From the NCBI GenBank assembly GCA_963771175.1, contig CAVYSY010000016.1, positions 1 to 38,743 on the forward strand: a stretch of 38,743 bases of DNA, given 5' to 3'. Shown one piece after another: positions 23,200 through 31,834 of this stretch (position 1 is its first letter; every line of letters begins with the position of its first letter). The notes beneath the pieces are model-generated. The model was not told where the DNA came from, made no database searches, and saw only the letters and a program-made list of their open reading frames with translations. Both the position numbers and the translations under genes were made by a program. Source of the stretch: an uncultured delta proteobacterium. Its GTDB lineage: Bacteria > Myxococcota > Myxococcia > Myxococcales > Myxococcaceae.

Positions 23200-24651
23200 A
23201 TGCCGGGACCCGTGGGGCCGAAGCCGTTGAACCTGGTGCAGACGGCGTTGCGCGTGGCGCAGGCCGTACCGAAGGTGGTGCAGAACCTTCCGCAGCCGGC
23301 GCGTCAGGCCGTGCAGGACACCTTCGAGCGCGTGGCCCGGCCGCTCGTCAACCTCGGAGCGAACCTGGTCAACGGTCCTCGCCAGGGCACGGGCCCGGTG
23401 ACGATCACTCCGCCTCCGTACACGGACACGCGCTCGGCGGACGAAATCAAGGCCGCGCGCAATGGCACCACCACCACGGCCCTGGACTGGGCCCGTCTCC
23501 AGGCCCACAACGGCAACACGGGCTATGACAACTACTGCCTGCAGTTCTGCCAGAACGCCTTCGGCATCCACTCCACGCCCGCCCGCTGCCCGGAGCTGTC
23601 CAACGCCGGGGGCCAGGGCAACGCCATTGGCGCCTTCAACGCGCTCCAGCAGAACGGGAAGATTCGTCCCGAGTCCGGGACGCCGGACCGGACACAGCCC
23701 CTCGAAGCGGGCTCTATCGTCTTCTTCGGTGCCACGGACAAGAACGGCCAGGATGGCCACGTCTGCATCGCCACTGGCCGCATGGCCCCGGACGGCACCC
23801 CCGAGGTGATTACCTCCGGCTTCCCGCCCGACCACTCGGGCGTGCACTACTCCTCGATTGGCAACCTCGAGCAGCAGTCCGGGCCCTACCTGGGCTACAC
23901 CACCCCGGAGATTGCCTTTGACGCCTCCACCCTGCCCCAGGACACGGCACAGGCCTCGGGCACGGGCGGCACCGCGGGCACCGGCACCACCCTGGGCGCG
24001 TCCTCCAAGGACAGCGCGAATGCGAAAGGCACGGTCGCCACCAACCCCGCGGGCAACACACCCCAGAACTTCAACAACACCTGCGGCGCCAACGCCATCA
24101 TGGCCATGGAGGCGTCGCTCGAGCCGGAGCTGGCGGCGCAGCTCTCGGCGCTCTCCCCTGAGCAGCGGGCGCAGTACGAGGCGGCGGTGCTCACCAGCGA
24201 CCCCAGCCAGCCCTTCCAGGCGAGTCCTCGGGGAACCGGGTCCACGGAAGGCTGGGGCATGTACATGATGGAGCGGCAGGTGGCGGCGCGCTTCGGCGGC
24301 GCCGAGTCGCTCGTCCCGAACAACCGGGCCGAGGCGGTGGACTTCCTCACGGCGCAGCTCGATGCGGGGCACCCGGTGGCGATTGCCCTCACCGGCCACT
24401 GGATGTCGGCGACGGACATTCGCGGCGAGGGCGACGAGCGCGAGGTGCTCATTCATGACTCGTGGACGGGGACGAGCGCGTGGGTGCCCGAGTCAGCGCT
24501 GCGTGACACGAATGGCAACTGGGTGCAGGAGTACTTCCCCGACGCTCCCTTCTCGCCGCGCATGCAGGGGCTGGTGGCGGCCACCGGCAACCCGGTGGAA
24601 ACGCCCTGGCGCGACAACGAGCAGGCCCTTCTCGGCGAAGCCCTGCCCTGA
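23200..24651 (+). CDS. Protein with two papain-like domains: NlpC/P60/CHAP-like plus peptidase C39-like
   Basis: Domain 1: YCLQFCQNAFG...GSIVFF...GHVCIATG. A Gly/Thr linker follows. Domain 2: QNFNNTCGANA...GHPVAI..GHWM...LIHDSW. RBS AAGGAGG; no signal peptide. Confidence 0.7.
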   Translation: MPGPVGPKPLNLVQTALRVAQAVPKVVQNLPQPARQAVQDTFERVARPLVNLGANLVNGPRQGTGPVTITPPPYTDTRSADEIKAARNGTTTTALDWARLQAHNGNTGYDNYCLQFCQNAFGIHSTPARCPELSNAGGQGNAIGAFNALQQNGKIRPESGTPDRTQPLEAGSIVFFGATDKNGQDGHVCIATGRMAPDGTPEVITSGFPPDHSGVHYSSIGNLEQQSGPYLGYTTPEIAFDASTLPQDTAQASGTGGTAGTGTTLGASSKDSANAKGTVATNPAGNTPQNFNNTCGANAIMAMEASLEPELAAQLSALSPEQRAQYEAAVLTSDPSQPFQASPRGTGSTEGWGMYMMERQVAARFGGAESLVPNNRAEAVDFLTAQLDAGHPVAIALTGHWMSATDIRGEGDEREVLIHDSWTGTSAWVPESALRDTNGNWVQEYFPDAPFSPRMQGLVAATGNPVETPWRDNEQALLGEALP

Positions 24652-24826
24652 AACCGAACGCCGCGACCACGTGGTCTCGGCGTCGCGGCCAGCGTGCCCT
24701 CTCGGTCACCAGCTCTCACGGGAGCCCGTCGAGCCCATGCTCCGATGGGCTCCATCCAGCACCAGGACTGGGATGACGGCTGGACGGTGATCAGTGCGTC
24801 CACCCGTTCTTCGAGCATGCGCATGT

Positions 24827-26641
24827 TCAGGGCTGACTTCCCACCTCGTCCCGGACGAGCTTGCCCGTCCTCGCGTCGAGCTCCCCCACCCAGGGCGTCT
24901 GGCTCGAGCCCACGTGCCCCTTCATGAGCACCCTCCCCGAGGGCAAAAGCTGAAGCTGCTCCGGGAACCGGGAGTCTTTCCCGATGCGGCTCGTCCAGTC
25001 CCACACCACCTTGCCCTTCCGGTCGACCTTCACCAGTCGCGAGGCCGGGCTGGTCCGCGGATCGGCGTAGCACAGGAAGAAAGCGATGAAGGCCCCATCC
25101 GGGGTGGCCACGGCGCTGCCCCCTTCGTAGTCGAGGAAGACCTTCCCGCTGCGCAGCGATTTCTTCCAGACGACCTCGCCCCTGGCATCCACCCAGATGG
25201 CGTAGGGATGCGACTTGCCGGCCTCGTAGGGTGCGTCCTCGGGACGGTCGCTGGTCGTTCCGATGACGAAGGCCTCGCCTTTGTCGTTCGCGACGATGGG
25301 AGCGAAATACCCTTCGGCATTTCCCACCTGGCTCATCTGGTACCTGTTGAGGTCCACCCGGTTCCGCTCGACGTACTCGAGCACGAGCGCAGTCGGATCG
25401 GCTCGACCGGCGCTCTTCCCCTCCTCGATGGCGAACGTCACCAGACCCGCGTCCGAGCTGTCCGGATATCCATCCTCCTTGTACGGCGGCGCCACCAGGT
25501 ATCGCCCATCATTCGTGGCCCGGATTCCGGATGGATGGATGCCGGCAAGGCCCGGGAACAGCCTCGAGATCGGAATCGTCTCTTGAAGGCTCAAATCCTT
25601 CCAGCGCCGGACCTCGATGGACCGCGGCGCGCCGATGTGGTCGCTCATCACGATGAGCGAGTCCCCCGAGGCAGTGGTCACGAAATTCTGGATATGCGTC
25701 TGCGCCTTCACGCGGCGATCGATGCGGCCGGCCTCGAGGTCGATGCGGATGATCTCATTCTCCTCGTGGCTGCCCACGGCGAGGTACCTGCCGTCCCGGC
25801 TGAAGCTCAGGCCATAGGGAGTCCGCGGAATCGGGTACGTCGACACCTTCTTTTGCTCGAAGTCGATGACATAGACCTGCGGCGGCGGAACGGGCTTGAA
25901 CTCCCGCTGCGCGGCACGGTCGTAGTACTCGGCCATCGCGAGCTTCTTTCCATCGAAACTGAAGGTTCGATAAGTCTCCAATGGGAGCTGCCTCGTCCGC
26001 TTCGGCACGTCCAGGTCCATCTCCCAGTCCTTCTTCAGCTCCGGGAAGCTCATGCGGAAGAAGTGAATGGCGATCGGCTCTGGCTTGAACGCGGGTCGGT
26101 CGTCGTACGTGACCTCGGCGAAGTAGAGGCGGCTCGCGGCGGGGTCCGGACCGACCAGGTAGGTCAGCCGGCTCACCCGCTGCTTCCCTTCGTTCGAGGT
26201 GAAGATCGTCTCGCCCATCTGCACGGGCTCGGTGAGAGCCTGCGTCTTCACGTTCCAGACGGAGTAGTAGGAAACGGTCCTCGTGGGCAGCTCGAAGCGT
26301 TTGAACCGGAGGAGCGCGGAGGTCCCGTCGAAATAGAGGATGTCGGCGTTCGGCGGGCCCGAGAAGAGGGACGGATGCGACTTCTGGAGCTCGTCCAGCG
26401 GGAGAGGGAAGCGCAGGAGCTTCTGTTCGACGACGTCGGCCACCACGAAGGTGACTCGATGAATCACGCCCTTGGGCGTGCGCTCCCATTCATTCTTCAC
26501 GCGCACGTAGCGGTGGGGGTCGAGCCATTCCAGGCTCCCACTGGACTGAAGACGAAGCTCCCCCACCCGGCGGAAATCGAGCGCTAGCGACGGCGCGGCG
26601 AAAAGCAGCACCAGCAGGGCCCAGGCCTCGAACTTTTTCAC
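24827..26641 (-). CDS. Secreted beta-propeller-like protein (YncE-like blades plus a second beta-rich domain)
   Basis: Signal MKKFEAWALLVLLFAAPSLA; blade motifs FSFDGKKL, FSRDGRYLAVG, ATNDGRYL and ATPDGAFI; 604 aa intact. Confidence 0.75.
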   Translation of the reverse strand: MKKFEAWALLVLLFAAPSLALDFRRVGELRLQSSGSLEWLDPHRYVRVKNEWERTPKGVIHRVTFVVADVVEQKLLRFPLPLDELQKSHPSLFSGPPNADILYFDGTSALLRFKRFELPTRTVSYYSVWNVKTQALTEPVQMGETIFTSNEGKQRVSRLTYLVGPDPAASRLYFAEVTYDDRPAFKPEPIAIHFFRMSFPELKKDWEMDLDVPKRTRQLPLETYRTFSFDGKKLAMAEYYDRAAQREFKPVPPPQVYVIDFEQKKVSTYPIPRTPYGLSFSRDGRYLAVGSHEENEIIRIDLEAGRIDRRVKAQTHIQNFVTTASGDSLIVMSDHIGAPRSIEVRRWKDLSLQETIPISRLFPGLAGIHPSGIRATNDGRYLVAPPYKEDGYPDSSDAGLVTFAIEEGKSAGRADPTALVLEYVERNRVDLNRYQMSQVGNAEGYFAPIVANDKGEAFVIGTTSDRPEDAPYEAGKSHPYAIWVDARGEVVWKKSLRSGKVFLDYEGGSAVATPDGAFIAFFLCYADPRTSPASRLVKVDRKGKVVWDWTSRIGKDSRFPEQLQLLPSGRVLMKGHVGSSQTPWVGELDARTGKLVRDEVGSQP

Positions 26642-26869
26642 GATGACCTCCTCCGGCGTTCGAGCCTAGACCAGAGTTCGTACACCTGAGGAGCGGGCGC
26701 GTCCCCCGGGGTCTCAGCCCGCGGCTCCGTCGGGGGGGATTCCATACGCCCGCCACCCCTCAACAGGCCTTCCATCCTTCCTATACTCCGATGCTCTGCA
26801 CGCGTGCAGTGCTGCAGCGGGCTGAGCTGTGTGGGAGGCTTCTGCTCGCCCGTCATCAACTGAGCAAGG

Positions 26870-26907
26870 TGTCCGTTCCTGGGAGGTGTGCGTCCCAGAT
26901 GCGGACA
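26870..26907. promoter_or_regulatory. Candidate enhancer-binding-protein site (inverted repeat) upstream of a sigma54 promoter
   Basis: TGTCCG-N3-CTGGGA-N8-TCCCAG-N3-CGGACA, 75-110 bp upstream of a -24/-12 element. Confidence 0.55.
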
Positions 26908-26981
26908 TTCGTGACGCCCCGAGCCGGGGGCGTCGCCGTGGTTCTCGTCCGCCGGGACCCCTCGGGGCCACCGGGCGGGCG

Positions 26982-26996
26982 GGCACATGCGTTGCA
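26982..26996 (+). promoter_or_regulatory. Sigma54 (-24/-12) promoter
   Basis: GGCAC-ATGCG-TTGCA with exact GG-N10-GC spacing, ~85 bp upstream of the ABC permease ATG. Confidence 0.65.
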
Positions 26997-27079
26997 GTCG
27001 CGCCCCCGTCGCCAGGGCATGCGTTCCGCCGGAGAATGGCTCCGCACGGGAGGACCCGAGGGCCCAGGTGGGTGTGAGC

Positions 27080-28044
27080 ATGTGGCAGGACATTCGTTTC
27101 GGCCTCCGGGTGTGGGCGAGGCAGCCGGGCCTGACCCTGGTGGTGTTGCTCACGCTGGCGCTAGGCATTGGCGCGAACACGGCCATCTTCAGCGTCGTCA
27201 ACGCCGTGCTGCTGCGGCCCTTCTCCTATCCGGAGCCGGAGCGGCTGGTGCGCGTCTGGGGCGTGGACGAGCCGCAAGCGAAGCAGGCGGGAGACGCGGG
27301 CCGGAATGACTACGGTGTCTCGGACAGCGACTTTCTCGATTGGAAGGCGCAGAGCCACGCGTTCGAGGAGCTGTCCCTCTATCGCTGTGGCGGCGCGACG
27401 CTCCTCTCCGGGACGGGAGCGCCGGTGCAGGTGCGGTTGGCGGGGGTGACGCCGGACTTCTTCCCGCTGCTCGGTGTCACGCCGCTCCTCGGCCGCTTTG
27501 GTGAGTCGGTGCCGGACGGCAGGTCCGAGGAGCGCGTCCTCGTCCTCGGCGAGTCCCTGTGGCGGCGACAGTTCGGAGGGGACCCGACCGTGGTCAGCTA
27601 CCGCTGAACCACACGAAGTGCGGGAGAGCCACGACTGACCGGGGCAAGCCCAAGGTAGTCGACGAACGCCCTGAGAGCCAACAGGCCCAGGTCCCTGCCG
27701 CGCCGCGCTGGCGGCGGTGCTGGCCGCCGTGGGCTCGCCGGGGTCGTCTCCTGGTCGGTGAGCAGCGGACGCGGGAGATCGGCATCCGCATGGCGCTCGG
27801 CGCCCAGCCCCGGGACGTGCTGCGGCTGGTGATGGGGCAGGGGATGGGCGCGGTGCTGGTGGGGGTGGTGTTGGGGCTCGTGCTCGGCGCTACCCGGGTG
27901 CTGGAGGGCGTTCGGCCTGACCCCGACCGACCCGTTCACCTCGGGGGCGTCGTGGCGCTGACGGCCACCGCACTGCTCGCCAGCTACCTGCCCACGCGCC
28001 GGGCGCTCCGGGTCGACCCGGCGGTGGCACTGCGCGACGAGTGA
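27080..28044 (+). pseudogene. Internally deleted MacB/FtsX-type (ADOP-like) ABC permease
   Basis: The N-terminus [38 protein letters not shown] stops at 27607. The C-terminus QRTREIGIRMALGA...RALRVDPAVALRDE is in another frame. The whole is ~1 kb, against ~2.4 kb for full-length family members. Confidence 0.85.
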
Positions 28045-28069
28045 GTTCCGCGCTCAGGGCGTGGGGCGG

Positions 28070-28213
28070 GGCCCTCGGACTGGGTGGCGCCGGGCACCTC
28101 CACGTACTGGAGATCCTTGCCGAGCACCCAGCCCCGGGCCACCAGCGCATCGCGCAGCAGCCGGGTGTCGTCCACCGTCTCCTGGCTGCCCTTGGACTCC
28201 TCGGTGCCGCTGT
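28070..28213 (-). pseudogene. C-terminal relic of an alpha/beta-hydrolase (putative esterase)
   Basis: DSGTEESKGSQETVDDTRLLRDALVARGWVLGKDLQYVEVPGAT(Q)SE resembles esterase C-termini, with Q in place of the catalytic His. It begins abruptly at the repeat. Confidence 0.55.
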
Positions 28214-28240
28214 CACCCCATGGAGGGCGGCCTGGGCAGG
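28214..28240 (+). repeat. Direct repeat copy 2 (27 bp)
   Basis: CACCCCATGGAGGGCGGCCTGGGCAGG. It abuts the stop codon of the peptide gene on one side and the esterase relic on the other. Confidence 0.85.
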
Positions 28241-28459
28241 TCAGAGAGACCTCACTCGCGAAAACAGAATGCCCGGCGGCTCAGGCTGCGGATTCAGCAT
28301 CACCCTGGAAAACGACGAGTCATAGAGCGAAGCTCTCGGCGGCAGCGGTTGAGGGTTCAACAGCACCTCTTGGGCGTAGCCACCACTGACCATCTCCAGC
28401 TCAGAGATGTCGAGTTCGCGGAAGTCGACGGTTGCCGTTTCTGTCTTCCATTCGGTCAT
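28241..28459 (-). CDS. 72-aa double-glycine-leader precursor-like peptide with two LNPQP(L/E)PP repeats
   Basis: Leader ...FRELDISELEMVSGG, then core YAQEVLLNPQPLPPRASLYDSSFSRVMLNPQPEPPGILFSRVRSL. TATAAT lies on the coding strand at 28490-28495. Confidence 0.75.
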   Translation of the reverse strand: MTEWKTETATVDFRELDISELEMVSGGYAQEVLLNPQPLPPRASLYDSSFSRVMLNPQPEPPGILFSRVRSL

Positions 28460-28931
28460 GTGCCTGCTCGTGGTTCGACCGGTCGCTCCATTATACCGGC
28501 CCTGTCTATATGAATGAGCGGGCTGAGCGCCGATGTGATGGAGGCCACGCTTCGAGGGCGGCTGTTCGTGGGGGCGGGCCCCTTCCTTCCAGGGACACGT
28601 TACTTCGCGCGCTCGGCCTTCAGCTCCGCCTTCTCGTCAACGAGCTCGCCGACCTTGACCACCTCGTATTGAGGGAGGGATTCGGGGAACGGTGGTCGTC
28701 TCCCATCCCTGGGCCTCCATTGGACATGGCACAGCTGCAGAGCAGCATGACGAGTGCGGCGGATCGGGTCATGGGCTGCCTCCGACTCGCATCCTCGCAC
28801 TCGTCGCGTGGCGTTCAAGGCGCCCCTCGATGACCGCACCCCTCCGGTCGATCGACAGCCACCAGCAGCGGCTCGAGACGTTGAGGGGCCTCAGGGGAGA
28901 CTGAGCCGCCGCGGCGGTGACGACAACGCCC

Positions 28932-29645
28932 TCAGCCGGTGTAGCGGAAGCTGGCCACTTCCCGCACCAGCTTGCCGGGCCCGGCCTGGGTCGACAGGAA
29001 GAGCCGGTGGATCTGGATCGAATACTTGGGGGACGCCTGGAGCACCAGATCCAACCGCCCGTCCCCATCCAGATCACCCGCCCAGTTGAGGCTCCAGGAG
29101 GCGTCATCCACCCACTCGGACTCGAACAGCACCTGTCGCTGGTCGCCGCTCTGGAGCGTCAACCGGAGGCCCCCCTTCGGGAGATGCTCCGAGCCGATGC
29201 GGAAGGGCTGGTCCTTCCACGTGCCCGAGAACGCCTCCTTGTCCGCTTCGAGGCTCCAGGTCGCGGCGGGGACCACGGGCGTTGAGCCCGGCTGGAGGCC
29301 TCGGGCGAGCAGCACGGGATTGGCGCAGACCGACGTCTCCACCCGCCGTCCCGTCATCGCCTCCCCGGTGTCGACCATTCCGTTCTTGATGCGCGAGATC
29401 CGGACCTCGGCTCGCGCCCACCGGTCCTGCCCCGGACAGAGCGCCCACCAGACTCCGGCCGCCTTGGGCGAGACCTCCTTCTCGCTGTAGTCACCGGTGA
29501 GGAGCAGCTCGGGCTTCTGGGACACCGTCATCCGCGGTGTCGCGGGCCCGCCAGCCTTCTCCTTCTCCGCCGCGACCGCCGACGTCCCCACCGCCGACGA
29601 CAAGGCACCCACGACCACGAGACTCCACATCCATTCGCGATTCAT
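28932..29645 (-). CDS. Secreted hypothetical protein with one FG-GAP/VCBS-like Ca-binding motif
   Basis: Signal MNREWMWSLVVVGALSSAVGTSAVA and the motif WAGDLDGDGRLDLVL. Confidence 0.7.
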   Translation of the reverse strand: MNREWMWSLVVVGALSSAVGTSAVAAEKEKAGGPATPRMTVSQKPELLLTGDYSEKEVSPKAAGVWWALCPGQDRWARAEVRISRIKNGMVDTGEAMTGRRVETSVCANPVLLARGLQPGSTPVVPAATWSLEADKEAFSGTWKDQPFRIGSEHLPKGGLRLTLQSGDQRQVLFESEWVDDASWSLNWAGDLDGDGRLDLVLQASPKYSIQIHRLFLSTQAGPGKLVREVASFRYTG

Positions 29646-29831
29646 CCCCGCATTTCCGTTGCGTCCGGGAGACCCGTCAAGACGAAGCGTTCCGAGGTCG
29701 CGAAGGCCGGTAACGTCGGACGGAGCTACCCCCAAGGATCGCATGGACCTGGAGCGCTACCGTGTTGGAACTCCCGCCCTCCAGTTCGACAGGGTGCGGT
29801 AGTCTTCGCGGCCTGTCCTGGAGACCCTTCG

Positions 29832-30569
29832 ATGGACCGCATCTCCCCCACGCGGCGGCCGGACGAGCGGCCAGTGATGTACCAGAGCTGGAAGCAGCTC
29901 CTCTTCCTCCACTGGTCGTTGCCGCCCGAGGAGGTGGCGCCGCTGCTGCCGCCGGGCCTGACGCTCGACACCTTCGAGGGGCGCGCGTGGGTGGGCCTGG
30001 TGCCCTTCACCATGCGGGGCGTCCGTCCCCGGGGCCTGCCCGCGGTGCGCTTCCTGTCGGACTTCCACGAGACGAACGTGCGCACCTACGTGCACGACAA
30101 GGGGAAGAATCCCGGCGTCTGGTTCTTCAGCCTGGACGCCGCCAACGCCATCGCCGTGCGGCTCGCGCGGGCCTGGTTCAAGCTGCCCTACCACTACGCG
30201 GGCATGGAGCTGCACGCCGGGCCCCGGGGCGAGTCGTTCGCCTACCGCTCCGAGCGGCGCTGGCCCGGGCCCACGCCGGCCACCTGCGCCGTGCGCTGCA
30301 CGCCCCGGGGCGACGCCTCCACCTCCACCCCGGGCACGCTCCAGCACTTCCTCGTCGAGCGCTACTTCCTCTACTCCACCGCCCAGGGGAGCCTCTTCCG
30401 TGGCCAGGTGCACCACGCGCCCTACCAGGTGCGGGGCGCGGAGGTGGAGGGCCTGGACGAGTCGCTCCTGGCGGCCGCTGGCATCCCCCGTCCTTCCGAG
30501 CCCCCACTGGCCCTCTTCTCGGACGGAGTGGATGTCGACGTGTTCCGCCTGAGGCGCGTGGAGGGGTGA
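29832..30569 (+). CDS. YqjF family (DUF2071) protein
   Basis: MYQSWKQLLFLHW, LDTFEGRAWVGLVPFTM, FHETNVRTYV, GVWFFSLDA and FLVERY. Confidence 0.93.
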   Translation: MDRISPTRRPDERPVMYQSWKQLLFLHWSLPPEEVAPLLPPGLTLDTFEGRAWVGLVPFTMRGVRPRGLPAVRFLSDFHETNVRTYVHDKGKNPGVWFFSLDAANAIAVRLARAWFKLPYHYAGMELHAGPRGESFAYRSERRWPGPTPATCAVRCTPRGDASTSTPGTLQHFLVERYFLYSTAQGSLFRGQVHHAPYQVRGAEVEGLDESLLAAAGIPRPSEPPLALFSDGVDVDVFRLRRVEG

Positions 30570-30570
30570 C

Positions 30571-31518
30571 TCACGGAGGGCAGGCGCCACAGTCGGCGGC
30601 GCAGCTATCGGGCGTGGTGCCCGTGCCGCAGCTCTCCGTCGCCTGGCACACGCCGTCACCGCAGCTGTAGATGTCCGCCGACTTCATGCGCGTGGTGATG
30701 GGGCGGTAGGTGACGCCGCCGTAGGTGCAGGACGTGTAGAAGGTATTCGTGGCGTCCCGGGTGCAGTACTGCGAGCAGTTCCCCACGTACCCCATGGGCG
30801 AGCACTGCGCGCCGGCGAGGCCGCACACGCGCGGGCTGCTCTGGCTGCTGGTGAGGGAGAGGCCATCGTTGCCGCCGTAGGTGCCGGTGCTCCCGTCGAA
30901 CAGGTTGCCGAAGAAGCACGCCTCCTGGAGGCCGTAGTCCGTCAGCTCCTGGCTCGTAGAGGGGATGGCGTTGCCAGCCCCGTCGAGCCCCAGCAGCGAG
31001 ATGGTGACGTGGATGCCGAACTTGTTGGCGTGCGCCGCCATGCAGGCCGACACCACCTGCAGTTCCACGGTGGTGGCCGCGCTGCCGCCCGCCCAGCCCG
31101 GGGCCAGCCCCAGCGCGCCGTTCCAGGTATAGGTGATGTTCGTGTTCGGGTCGGTGTACGAGCGGCTCTCGCCCGACGCCACCCCGCAGGCCACCACGTA
31201 CTTCATCACCTCGTTGCGCACCGTCGGGTCCGCCTGGAACCAGTTGCTGAAGCTGCTCGTGGACAGCCCGTTGAGGTTGAGGCCGTTGAGGTTGAGGCCA
31301 TTGAGGTTGAGGCCATTGAGGTTGAGGCCGTTGAGGTTGAGGCCGTTGCCCACGATGATGGACCGCGACGCGCTTCCCAGCTCCTCCGTCTCCCCTGGGA
31401 GGTCCCCCGCCGGTCCGCAGCCGATGGCGCAGCTCAGCGCGAGTGCCACCATCAAGCTCCACCGCGTCGGATACATCCCCCAACCACTGCGCCGAGACTC
31501 GAGAGTCTTCAACAGCAT
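30571..31518 (-). CDS. Cys-rich myxobacterial lipoprotein with (NGLNL)n pentapeptide repeat
   Basis: Lipobox-like LALSCAIGC, five NGLNL units, YVVAC, LGLAPGW, VSACMAAHAN, EACFFGNLF and a C-terminal CGDGVC...CAADCGAC. An alternative start lies at 31476. Confidence 0.8.
   Translation of the reverse strand: MLLKTLESRRSGWGMYPTRWSLMVALALSCAIGCGPAGDLPGETEELGSASRSIIVGNGLNLNGLNLNGLNLNGLNLNGLNLNGLSTSSFSNWFQADPTVRNEVMKYVVACGVASGESRSYTDPNTNITYTWNGALGLAPGWAGGSAATTVELQVVSACMAAHANKFGIHVTISLLGLDGAGNAIPSTSQELTDYGLQEACFFGNLFDGSTGTYGGNDGLSLTSSQSSPRVCGLAGAQCSPMGYVGNCSQYCTRDATNTFYTSCTYGGVTYRPITTRMKSADIYSCGDGVCQATESCGTGTTPDSCAADCGACPP
31271..31345 (+). repeat. Coding 15-bp tandem repeat, five copies
   Basis: TTGAGGTTGAGGCC(G/A) x5, encoding NGLNL on the minus strand. 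Confidence 0.95.
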
Positions 31519-31834
31519 GGGCCACCCCCTGGGAACGGATGTCGCGTATGTCGGTCTGCCTCTAACTCCCCCTCGTGGAGCCCCTCGGGAACGACCCGAC
31601 AGCTTGAACTCCACGTCTTCATTGTGAGTGGAGCAAACGCTGGAAAAAAGGACACACCAGGTCAAAACAGTCTTTTCGGTCAGAATTGAGACACCTGACC
31701 CGTTGGGACGAGGAGCCGGGGCCAGCGCAATGTCTGACAGTGAATGGGTTTTCACGTCCGGGGACTGGACGTGTCAGGCCATGCGGGGCGGGTGACGCCT
31801 CGCGCCGTCTGGGTTTGAGAGGGAAAGGGGCCCG

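Noticed and set aside
24660..24826. Minus-strand stretch reading MRMLEERVDALI...VIPVLVLDGAH, faintly like an ATPase Walker B region
   Set aside because: Too short and needs a frameshift; it cannot be supported without a search.
28600..28910. Short ORF-like fragments (e.g. LPQYEVVKVGELVDEKAELKAERAK-stop on the minus strand)
   Set aside because: No convincing start or family motif. Probably gene debris.
28932..28943. Gene ending YTG-TGA, raising the idea of a terminal selenocysteine
   Set aside because: No recognisable SECIS hairpin and no nearby second in-frame stop. An ordinary stop codon is sufficient.
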